The notes beneath the pieces were generated by a model. That model made no database searches and had not been told where the DNA came from. It was given only the letters and a program-made list of their open reading frames with translations. 64,000 nucleotides of DNA from Gemmatimonadota bacterium (GTDB lineage Bacteria > Gemmatimonadota > Gemmatimonadetes > Gemmatimonadales > GWC2-71-9). The stretch covers positions 2,418 to 66,417 of the forward strand of contig QHUB01000019.1 of the NCBI GenBank assembly GCA_003221035.1. Direction: 5' to 3'. Shown one piece after another: positions 56,885 through 64,000 of this stretch. The position numbers and the translations under genes were made by a program. The stretch's first letter is position 1. Every line of letters begins with the position of its first letter.

Positions 56885-57844
56885 GTGCTCACGGTCGCGT
56901 CAGAATCGCGTTCGACGTACCATGTCCCGGTCCTGGCCGAGGCAGTGCAGTCCTGGGCCAGAGGCGGCAGCCGCGCCGTTGATGCGACGCTCGGCGGCGG
57001 TGGTCATGCGGCACTTCTGCGGAGCGCCGGCGTCACCGTCCTCGGTATCGATCGGGATCCCGATGCCATCGCGGCCGCGCGCGAGCAGCTGGGCGCCAAT
57101 GGTATGGAGTACCACGAAGGTTCGTTTGCCTCGCCCGGCGCGCTCGCTGCGGTCGCCGCGTTCCAGCCTGACCGCATTCTTCTGGACCTCGGCGTCAGTT
57201 CGCATCAAATCGACGCGATCGAGCGCGGCTTCACGTTCAGGCCGGGCGCGCCGCTCGACATGCGAATGACAGGAGCTCGGAGTCGGGAGTCAGGAGCCGG
57301 GGTAACTGCTCGGGACATTCTGAATACATGGCCTGTCGAACGGTTGAGCACTGTCTTCACCGATTACGCGGACGAGCGGCGGGGACGCGCGCTCGCGAAA
57401 GAAGTCGTCCGCCGGCGTCTCTCCGCGCCATTCGCCATCAGCGACGACTTCGTCAATGCGATCCGCGCCGTGCTCGGCCCGCGATCCGGGCCGCCGGATT
57501 TCGCCCGGCTGTTTCAAGCGCTGCGCATCGCCGTCAACGACGAGCTGGAAACGCTCGCCGCCGCGTTGCCCGCGTTGCGCGATGCGTTGGTGCCCGAGGG
57601 GCGTCTCGGTGTGATCACGTATCACTCCGGCGAAGACCGGATCGTGAAGCACGCGTTCCGCGAGTGGGGCCGCGACTGCATTTGCCCGCCGCGCCAGCCG
57701 GTTTGCACGTGCCGCGGCAGGGCGCTGGGACGCGTGCTCACGAAAAAGGCCATCGTGCCCGAGCCCCGGGAAATCGCGGCGAATCCGCGCGCCCGCTCGG
57801 CGCGGTTTCGCGTGTTCGAGAAAGCCGCGGTCGATGACGCTTAG
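56885..57844 (+). CDS. rsmH: 16S rRNA (cytosine1402-N4)-methyltransferase
   Basis: HVPVLAEAV, DATLGGGGHA, DLGVSSHQID, APLDMRM, ITYHSGEDRIVK. First gene of the dcw cluster. The exact start is uncertain. Confidence 0.93.
   Translation: MLTVASESRSTYHVPVLAEAVQSWARGGSRAVDATLGGGGHAALLRSAGVTVLGIDRDPDAIAAAREQLGANGMEYHEGSFASPGALAAVAAFQPDRILLDLGVSSHQIDAIERGFTFRPGAPLDMRMTGARSRESGAGVTARDILNTWPVERLSTVFTDYADERRGRALAKEVVRRRLSAPFAISDDFVNAIRAVLGPRSGPPDFARLFQALRIAVNDELETLAAALPALRDALVPEGRLGVITYHSGEDRIVKHAFREWGRDCICPPRQPVCTCRGRALGRVLTKKAIVPEPREIAANPRARSARFRVFEKAAVDDA
57279..57302. repeat. 24-nt dispersed repeat inside rsmH (inverted partner at 24764-24787)
   Basis: ggagtcgggagtcaggagccgggg, translated in frame as part of ..GARSRESGAGV... 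Confidence 0.85.
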
Positions 57845-58145
57845 AGGCCGGCACTGGATCGCGGTCTGGCTCGTCGCGTTGCTCGCGGCGCTGTCGCTCG
57901 TCATCGCGCGGCAGACGGCTGCACTCAACGCCGCGCGCGCGCTCACGGACTTGCGTGAAGAGCGCGCCGCACTGGAGGGCCGCCGTGCCGACCTCGAGCG
58001 GCGCGCGCGCACGGGACAGAGCCGCGCAGTCCTGCTGCCGCGGGCGCAGAGGCTGGGCCTCCGCCTGCCGGCAGACACGGAGATCATTCTGTTGCCGACC
58101 CAGTCGGAACCTCCACGCCCCCCGGAACCTCGAGACCGGCGGTAA
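57834..58145 (+). CDS. ftsL: cell division protein FtsL-like
   Basis: 103 aa with a TM helix (IAVWLVALLAALSLVIA) and a coiled coil. Sits between rsmH and ftsI. Confidence 0.75.
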   Translation: MTLRGRHWIAVWLVALLAALSLVIARQTAALNAARALTDLREERAALEGRRADLERRARTGQSRAVLLPRAQRLGLRLPADTEIILLPTQSEPPRPPEPRDRR

Positions 58146-58146
58146 C

Positions 58147-60105
58147 GTGGCCAAAGTTCTCGTCCGCCTGCGCGTCGTCGAGCTCGGTCTCGGGGTGGCT
58201 TTGCTCGCGCTGCTGTTGCGCGCCGCGCAAGTGCAGTTGCTCGAGGGGGCCAGGTATGCGGCGGTCGCCAGAGCGCAGCGGACCGAGCACGTCGTGCTGG
58301 AGGCGCGCCGCGGCACGTTGTATGACCGCCACGGCCTTGGCCTCGCGCTCACACAGGAGACGTACCACGTCGGCGTTGCTCCCAACGAGCTGCGCGATCC
58401 CCCGCGCGATGCCGCTGTCATCGCCCGCCAACTGCGGCTCGCGCAGAGCGAGGTGGACCGCGGGCTGCGCCGGCGCTATGCCTGGTTTGCCGGTCCGTAC
58501 ACGAGCGGGGAGGTGCAGACCCTGCGCGCCATGCGTGGCGTGCATCTCGAGCCCGTGCTCCGGCGCTTCTACCCGTCGCCCGACTTCGCCCGCGCGGTCA
58601 TCGGGAGGTTGGGGGAGGATGGGCGAGGCTCCGGAAACGGGGGCGGTGGGCTCGAGCGACTCTTGGACACGGTGCTCGCGGGCAAACCCGGTGCCGCGGT
58701 CGTCCTGAAGGACCGCTCGGGCCGCGAATACGAATCGCCGGCGCGCGTGATCGCCGATCCTGTTCCCGGCAACGACATCGTCCTCACGCTGGATGCCGAG
58801 CTGCAGGAGATCGCGCAGCGCGCGCTCGATGACGCGATCGACAACATGGCGGCGGAAGGCGGCGACGTGGTGATGCTCGATCCCCGAACCGGCGAGGTGC
58901 TCGCGGTCGCCTCGCGGCGCGCGGACGGCAGCATGCGTCCCTCGGCGTTTACGGAGACGTTCGAGCCGGGGTCGGTCGCCAAGATCTTCGCGGCCGCGGC
59001 GCTGCTCGCGTTCGATCGCGTGCGTCCGGGCGAGCGCGTGTCGGGGGAGGGCGGGCATTACCGCCTGCCCGATCGCGTGGTCACCGATGAGCATCCCATG
59101 GCATCGCTCACGCTGGCCGATGCGATCCGCGTGTCGAGCAACATCGCGGTCGTGAAATTCACGGCGCGCCTGAAGCCGGACGAGCAGTACGGCGTCCTGC
59201 GGTCATTCGGCTTTGGCGCGCCCACGGGCGTCGAGTTTCCGGCGGAGTCGCCGGGACTCCTGCGGCTCCCGCGCGACTGGTCACGACCGAGCTCCGCGAG
59301 CCTCGCGATCGGCTACGAGTTGTCCGTCACGCCGATGCAGCTCGCGGCGGCGTACGGCGCGATCGCAAACGACGGCGTGCTCCTTGAGCCGGCGCTGGTG
59401 CGCGAAATCCGCGCCCCCAACGGGATGGTGCTCTATCGCCATCGGGCGCAACCGGTGCGTCGCGTGGTGACACCCGAGGTTGCGGGCCAGCTCCGCGACC
59501 TGCTCCGCGGCGTCGTGGAAGCCGGTGGCACGGGCGCCAAAGCGGCGCTCGCCAATTTCCAGCTCGCCGCCAAGACCGGCACCGCACGCCGCGTCGTGGG
59601 CGGCCGATACGCCGCGGGCCAGTACACGGCGTCGTTTGCGGCGCTGTTTCCGGCCGACCAGCCGCAGCTCGTCGTCGTGATGATCATCGACAATCCGCAG
59701 AAGGGCAGCTACTTCGCGGCGCAAACCGCGGCCCCGGTGACGCGTTCGATGCTGGAGCAGGCCCTGGCCGCGCGTACCGTCGCGATCGATCGGGCGCGGC
59801 TCACCAACATGGTGGTACCCACCGATCGGGTGCCGCTCGCAGAGCCGGAGGGGGTCGTACCGTACGTGATGCCGTGGCCGTACGTGCCCGATTCCGCCTC
59901 GACGCCGCCCGATCGGCTCATCCCCGACGTGTCCGACCGCCCGCTGCGCGAAGGCATCCGCACCCTGCACCAGCGCGGGTTCCGCGTCGTCATCAAGGGC
60001 TGGGGCCTCATTCACCACACCTGGCCCGCCGCCGGTGAGCGCGCCGCCGCTGGAAGCACCATCACGGTATTCGCGGAAGCCGAAGCTTCCCTATCGAGCA
60101 AATGA
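58147..60105 (+). CDS. ftsI: penicillin-binding protein (FtsI/PBP3-type transpeptidase) with C-terminal PASTA-like domain
   Basis: TM anchor, dimerisation domain, transpeptidase motifs (FEPGSVAK, SSN, KTGT). C-terminal IPDVSDRPLREGIRTLHQRGFRVVIKGWGLIHHTWPAAG...GSTITVFAE. Confidence 0.92.
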   Translation: MAKVLVRLRVVELGLGVALLALLLRAAQVQLLEGARYAAVARAQRTEHVVLEARRGTLYDRHGLGLALTQETYHVGVAPNELRDPPRDAAVIARQLRLAQSEVDRGLRRRYAWFAGPYTSGEVQTLRAMRGVHLEPVLRRFYPSPDFARAVIGRLGEDGRGSGNGGGGLERLLDTVLAGKPGAAVVLKDRSGREYESPARVIADPVPGNDIVLTLDAELQEIAQRALDDAIDNMAAEGGDVVMLDPRTGEVLAVASRRADGSMRPSAFTETFEPGSVAKIFAAAALLAFDRVRPGERVSGEGGHYRLPDRVVTDEHPMASLTLADAIRVSSNIAVVKFTARLKPDEQYGVLRSFGFGAPTGVEFPAESPGLLRLPRDWSRPSSASLAIGYELSVTPMQLAAAYGAIANDGVLLEPALVREIRAPNGMVLYRHRAQPVRRVVTPEVAGQLRDLLRGVVEAGGTGAKAALANFQLAAKTGTARRVVGGRYAAGQYTASFAALFPADQPQLVVVMIIDNPQKGSYFAAQTAAPVTRSMLEQALAARTVAIDRARLTNMVVPTDRVPLAEPEGVVPYVMPWPYVPDSASTPPDRLIPDVSDRPLREGIRTLHQRGFRVVIKGWGLIHHTWPAAGERAAAGSTITVFAEAEASLSSK

Positions 60106-61580
60106 GCCGATCGATCCAGGAAGTCGTCGACGCGCTGTCGCGCGCCGGCGTCCTGATCGATGCGCCCGATCCGAAGCGAGCGCCGCTGCCGGAGATCACC
60201 GGCCTCACGGCGGACGCGCGGCGGCTGGAGCGCGGGATGCTGTTTTGCGCCGTGCGCGGTGCGGCACTCGATGGCCACAGCTTTATTGCCGACGCCGTCG
60301 CCCGGGGCGCCGCCGCGGCGCTGGTCGAGTCGCGGCAGCCGTTTCCGATCCCGCAAATCCTCGTGCGCAACGGCCGCCGAGCCGCGGCCATCGCCGCCGA
60401 GGCGTGGTATCGCCGTCCGGCCGCGCGGCTCCAGATGATCGGCGTGACCGGCACGAACGGAAAGACGACATCCGTGATCTTGGCCCGGCACGTGTTGGGA
60501 GCGCTCTGGCCCATGGGCGCCATCGGCACGCTCGGCGCATTCGACCCCAGCGGCGCCGCGGTCGACAGCGAGGCGGGGAACCTCACGACGCCGGGACCGA
60601 TCGACCTGCAGGCGACGCTCGCGGCCATGGTGGAGCGCGGCGCGCGTGGCGTCGCCATGGAAGTCTCCTCGCACAGTCTCGATCAAGACCGTGTGGAGGG
60701 TCTGCTGTTTCGCGCGGCGATCTTTACGAACCTGACACGCGATCATCTCGACTACCACGAGACGTTCGACGCGTACTTCGCCGCCAAGGCCAAGCTCATC
60801 GGGTATCTCGCCGACGCGGGACTCGCCGTGATCAACGCGGACGACGCCGCCTGGGCCCGCCTGCCGCACACGCCGCGTCGCATCACGTTCTCGGCGACCT
60901 CGCACCCGGCGGACGTCACAGCGCGCGATGTCCAGGTGGATGCGCGCGGGGCTCGGTTCACGCTCGTGACGACGCAGGGCAGCCACGCAGTGCACCTGCC
61001 GCTGCTCGGCCAGTTCAACGTCGCGAATGCCCTGGGCGTCGCGGCGTGCGCGGTGGGGCTCGAGGTGGCGCCGCGCACCATCGCCGAGCGGCTGTCTACG
61101 GCGCCTCAGGTGCCGGGCCGCATGGAGCGCATTGCGACCGACCCGTGTGTGATCTTGCGCGACTACGCCCACACGCCGGACGCGCTGGAGCGCGCGCTCG
61201 AGACTGTACGCGCCGTGACGAGCACGGGAGGCCGCCTGATCGTCGTCTTTGGCGCGGGCGGCGACCGCGACCGCGGCAAGCGCGCCCCCATGGGGGAGAT
61301 CGCCGTGCGGCTCGCCGACATCGCGATCGCGACGTCGGACAATCCACGCACCGAGGACCCGGAACGGATCCTGGACGATGTCGAGGCCGGCATGACCGGA
61401 CGACAGCATTACCGGATCGCGGATCGCAAAGCGGCGATTGCGCAGGCGCTCGAGCTCGCGCGGCAGGGCGACACCATTCTGCTGGCGGGGAAGGGACACG
61501 AGACCTACCAGGTGATTGGCACGGTGAAGGAGCCGTTCGACGAGCGAGAAGTCGTGCGCAGTCTCGGAGGAGCCGGCTGA
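60102..61580 (+). CDS. murE: UDP-N-acetylmuramoyl-L-alanyl-D-glutamate--2,6-diaminopimelate ligase
   Basis: GVTGTNGKTT, Mur ligase middle and C domains, DNPR motif (TSDNPRTEDP). Confidence 0.95.
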   Translation: MSRSIQEVVDALSRAGVLIDAPDPKRAPLPEITGLTADARRLERGMLFCAVRGAALDGHSFIADAVARGAAAALVESRQPFPIPQILVRNGRRAAAIAAEAWYRRPAARLQMIGVTGTNGKTTSVILARHVLGALWPMGAIGTLGAFDPSGAAVDSEAGNLTTPGPIDLQATLAAMVERGARGVAMEVSSHSLDQDRVEGLLFRAAIFTNLTRDHLDYHETFDAYFAAKAKLIGYLADAGLAVINADDAAWARLPHTPRRITFSATSHPADVTARDVQVDARGARFTLVTTQGSHAVHLPLLGQFNVANALGVAACAVGLEVAPRTIAERLSTAPQVPGRMERIATDPCVILRDYAHTPDALERALETVRAVTSTGGRLIVVFGAGGDRDRGKRAPMGEIAVRLADIAIATSDNPRTEDPERILDDVEAGMTGRQHYRIADRKAAIAQALELARQGDTILLAGKGHETYQVIGTVKEPFDEREVVRSLGGAG

Positions 61581-62956
61581 TGGCGGGACAGACTGACGGC
61601 CTGACGGCCGGACGGCCATGGACCAGTGACGAAATCGCTGCCGCGCTCGATGTGCCGGCACCAGCGACGCTGAGATTCGCGGCGATTTCCACTGACTCCA
61701 GACATCTGAAACCAGACACCCTGTTCATCGCCCTCAAAGGCGACAAGTTCGACGCCCACGACTTTCTCGAGCAGGCCAAGGCCGGCGGCGCGACCGCGGC
61801 CGTGGTTCGTCACGGCACCGCGACGATCGAGGGACTGCCGTTCTTCGCAGTGGACGACACCCTGGTGGCCCTTGGGCTACTCGCCCGCGCCCGGCGCCGC
61901 ATGTTCCCGGACGGGACTCCCGTGGTCGCCATCACGGGCTCGAGCGGCAAGACCAGCACCAAAGAGATGATCCGTGCCGCACTCAGCGCGCGCTATCGCG
62001 TCCATGCCACGGCCGCCAATCTCAATAACCTCATTGGCGTGCCCCTCACGATCCTGGGCGCACCGGAGGATACGCAGGCGCTGGTGGTGGAGGCCGGCGC
62101 CAGCGTCCCCGGCGAGATCGCGCGTATGCGCGACATCATCGAGCCCACGATCGCGGTGATCACGAACATCGGGTATGCGCATGTCGAGGGCTTCGGCTCG
62201 CTCGAGGGCGTGATGAGAGAGAAGCTGTCGCTGCTCGATGGGGCACCCGTGGCCGTGCTCGGCGCGGGTCCGGACCTCATGTGGCCCGAGGCCCGCCGCC
62301 GCACCCAGGTGATTCCCGCCGCGCTCCCGGGGAAGAGCGCGGATGACGCGCTCCTCGACCGCTACCTCGACAAGGACGGGCACCCGCGGTTGTCGCTCGA
62401 CTCGGGCGAAAAGGTGACGCTGCCGGCGCTCGGGATTCACCAGCTCGAGAACGCCCAGATTGCCCTGGCGGTCGCCCAGCGGGCCGGCGTCGACCATGAC
62501 GCCGCCGTGCGGGCGCTCGCGGACCTCCACCTGCCCGGCGGCCGCGGCGATTTCCGGGAAATCGGCAATCTGCTGGTCATCGACGACACCTATAACGCCA
62601 ATCCGGCCTCGCTGCGCCGGGCGGTGCAAACCGGCGCCTGGCTGGCGAAGCGGCACCGGCGGCCGTTCGTGGTGGTGGTCGGGACGATGTTGGAGTTGGG
62701 ACCGGAAAGTGCAAGATTGCACGCCGAAGCCGCGCGTGAAATCGCCCAGCGCAAGCCGGCGCTCGTTGCCGCGGTGGGGACGTTTGCGCGGGTGTTCGAG
62801 TCGCTGCGCGAAGCACTGGGCGGACGCTTGATCACCGCCGCCGACGCCGAGGCGCTGGGCCCGAAGTTGAAGTCGGCGCTGCGGGGCAACGAGCTGGTAC
62901 TCCTCAAGGCTTCACGCGGAGTCGCCTTGGAACGTGTCCTTCACTACCTGACCTGA
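61580..62956 (+). CDS. murF: UDP-N-acetylmuramoyl-tripeptide--D-alanyl-D-alanine ligase
   Basis: TDSRHLKPDTLFIALKGDKFDAHDF, ITGSSGKTSTKEM, DDTYNANP. The ATG overlaps the murE stop. The 973-aa track ORF is an out-of-context upstream extension. Confidence 0.95.
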   Translation: MAGQTDGLTAGRPWTSDEIAAALDVPAPATLRFAAISTDSRHLKPDTLFIALKGDKFDAHDFLEQAKAGGATAAVVRHGTATIEGLPFFAVDDTLVALGLLARARRRMFPDGTPVVAITGSSGKTSTKEMIRAALSARYRVHATAANLNNLIGVPLTILGAPEDTQALVVEAGASVPGEIARMRDIIEPTIAVITNIGYAHVEGFGSLEGVMREKLSLLDGAPVAVLGAGPDLMWPEARRRTQVIPAALPGKSADDALLDRYLDKDGHPRLSLDSGEKVTLPALGIHQLENAQIALAVAQRAGVDHDAAVRALADLHLPGGRGDFREIGNLLVIDDTYNANPASLRRAVQTGAWLAKRHRRPFVVVVGTMLELGPESARLHAEAAREIAQRKPALVAAVGTFARVFESLREALGGRLITAADAEALGPKLKSALRGNELVLLKASRGVALERVLHYLT

Positions 62957-64000
62957 TGCTCTATCATTGGCTCGCGCCGCTCGCTCGCCAGTACATTTTT
63001 TTCAATCTCTTCAACTACATCACGTTCCGCGCCGCGGGGGCTACGGTGACGGCGCTGCTGCTGGCGTTCATCGTCGGCCCGCGGATCATCCGAAAACTCC
63101 GCGAGCATCGCATCGGTCAAATCGTCCGCGCCGAAGGTCCGGCCAGTCATCAGAGCAAACGCGGCACACCGACGATGGGTGGACTCATCATTCTCCTCGC
63201 CACCGTCGTGCCGACGCTGCTGTGGGCCCGGCTCGACAGCCGCTACGTCATGGTCACCGTCGTCGCGACGCTGTGGATGGGCTTGATCGGATTTCTCGAT
63301 GACTACCTGAAGATCGTGCGCGGCCAATCGCAGGGACTCGTCGCGCGCTGGAAGCTCGCCGGCCAGGTGTCGTTCGGCGTCGGTCTGGGCGCCTACATCC
63401 TGCTGTTCCCGCTGACCACCAGCGTTGCGCCGTACGCGACGCAGCTGCCGTTGTTCAAATACATCGTGTGGGTGCTGCCGTGGCCGATTTACCTCGCGTT
63501 CGTGACCTTCGTGACGACAGCGAGCTCGAACGCGGTGAACCTGACGGACGGGCTCGACGGCCTGGCGGCGGGACTCACCGTCATCGCCGCGGGCGCATTC
63601 GCGATCTTCTGCTACCTGTTCGGCCGCGTGGACGCCGCTCGCTATCTCGGCGTCCTCCATCTCCCCGGCGCGGGCGAGCTGACGATTTTCTGCGGAGCGC
63701 TGATGGGCGCGTCGCTCGGGTTCCTATGGTTCAATGCGCATCCGGCGCAGGTCTTCATGGGCGACACCGGCGCACTCGCCATCGGCGGCGCGCTCGGCAC
63801 CGTCGCGATCCTGCTCAAGACCGAGTTCCTGCTCCTCATCGCGGGCGCGGTGTTCGCCGCGGAAACAGTCTCGGTCATGATTCAGACGACGACGTACAAG
63901 TACCGGAAGAAGAAGTACGGGAAGGAGTACGCGGATTCCCACAAGGTATTTCGTATGGCGCCGCTGCATCACCATTTCGAGAAACTCGGATGGGCGGAGC
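62956..64000 (+). CDS. mraY: phospho-N-acetylmuramoyl-pentapeptide-transferase (3' end beyond the window)
   Basis: My own translation from the ATG at 62956 gives MLYHWLAPLARQYIFFNLFNYITFRA...KRGTPTMGGL...GFLDDYLKI...NAVNLTDGLDGLA...MAPLHHHFEKLGW. It is not in the ORF track because no stop falls within the window. Confidence 0.93.
   Translation, partial: MLYHWLAPLARQYIFFNLFNYITFRAAGATVTALLLAFIVGPRIIRKLREHRIGQIVRAEGPASHQSKRGTPTMGGLIILLATVVPTLLWARLDSRYVMVTVVATLWMGLIGFLDDYLKIVRGQSQGLVARWKLAGQVSFGVGLGAYILLFPLTTSVAPYATQLPLFKYIVWVLPWPIYLAFVTFVTTASSNAVNLTDGLDGLAAGLTVIAAGAFAIFCYLFGRVDAARYLGVLHLPGAGELTIFCGALMGASLGFLWFNAHPAQVFMGDTGALAIGGALGTVAILLKTEFLLLIAGAVFAAETVSVMIQTTTYKYRKKKYGKEYADSHKVFRMAPLHHHFEKLGWAE

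Noticed and set aside
60035-61579. Upstream two-thirds of the 973-aa + strand ORF that ends as MurF. Similar 5' extensions occur in the track for nnr (9466), tilS (15927), cdaA (24861), the second permease (23200), cheR (49324), cheD (49596), ftsI (57955), the TPR protein (39471), cheW (35761) and others.
   Set aside because: The extensions overlap the preceding, well-supported gene in another frame and are Arg/Gly/Pro-rich. Family-consistent N-termini begin at internal ATG or GTG codons that overlap the upstream stop.

Overview
High-GC (roughly two-thirds G+C by eye) bacterial chromosomal segment. It is densely coding and almost entirely co-oriented: about 60 credible genes on the + strand and 3 on the - strand. 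Many long antisense ORFs in the track are GC artefacts.

Positions 1-36 kb and 53.6-64 kb hold housekeeping genes:
- c-type cytochrome, cyclophilin, MFS transporter
- hsp20-lon
- Memo-like protein, nnr, thiL, plsC, eno, ftsB
- tRNA-Met(CAU), then tilS-hpt-ftsH
- a MacAB-like HlyD/ABC/FtsX efflux set
- folP-cdaA, a DUF2723 membrane protein, yggS-divIVA-PNP
- ileS-dksA-lspA-rluD
- tRNA-Val and tRNA-Asp
- the start of the dcw cluster: rsmH-ftsL-ftsI-murE-murF-mraY (mraY partial at the window end)

The stand-out region is 36.1-53.6 kb. It is one co-directional array whose genes mostly overlap stop to start: cheW-cheY-cheA | cheC - large TPR protein - PATAN/DUF4388-TPR - TPR-Roadblock - Roadblock - mglB-like - mglA - a 650-aa protein with two tandem DnaA-type AAA+ modules and no DNA-binding domain - second PATAN/DUF4388-TPR - cheR-cheD-cheB-cheW-cheW - TPR. 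No methyl-accepting chemoreceptor is visible in the window. A Che pathway physically joined to a Ras-like MglA/MglB module and a double DnaA-like ATPase is the best candidate for an undescribed system.

Smaller observations:
- a structured REP-like hairpin repeat in two copies, with a compensatory base-pair change
- a 24-nt exact inverted repeat pair, one copy inside rsmH
- two head-to-head gene pairs with essentially no intergenic DNA
- a folP N-terminal extension
- a likely non-canonical start for the DUF2723 gene

All family assignments come from motif recognition by eye. No database search was run.
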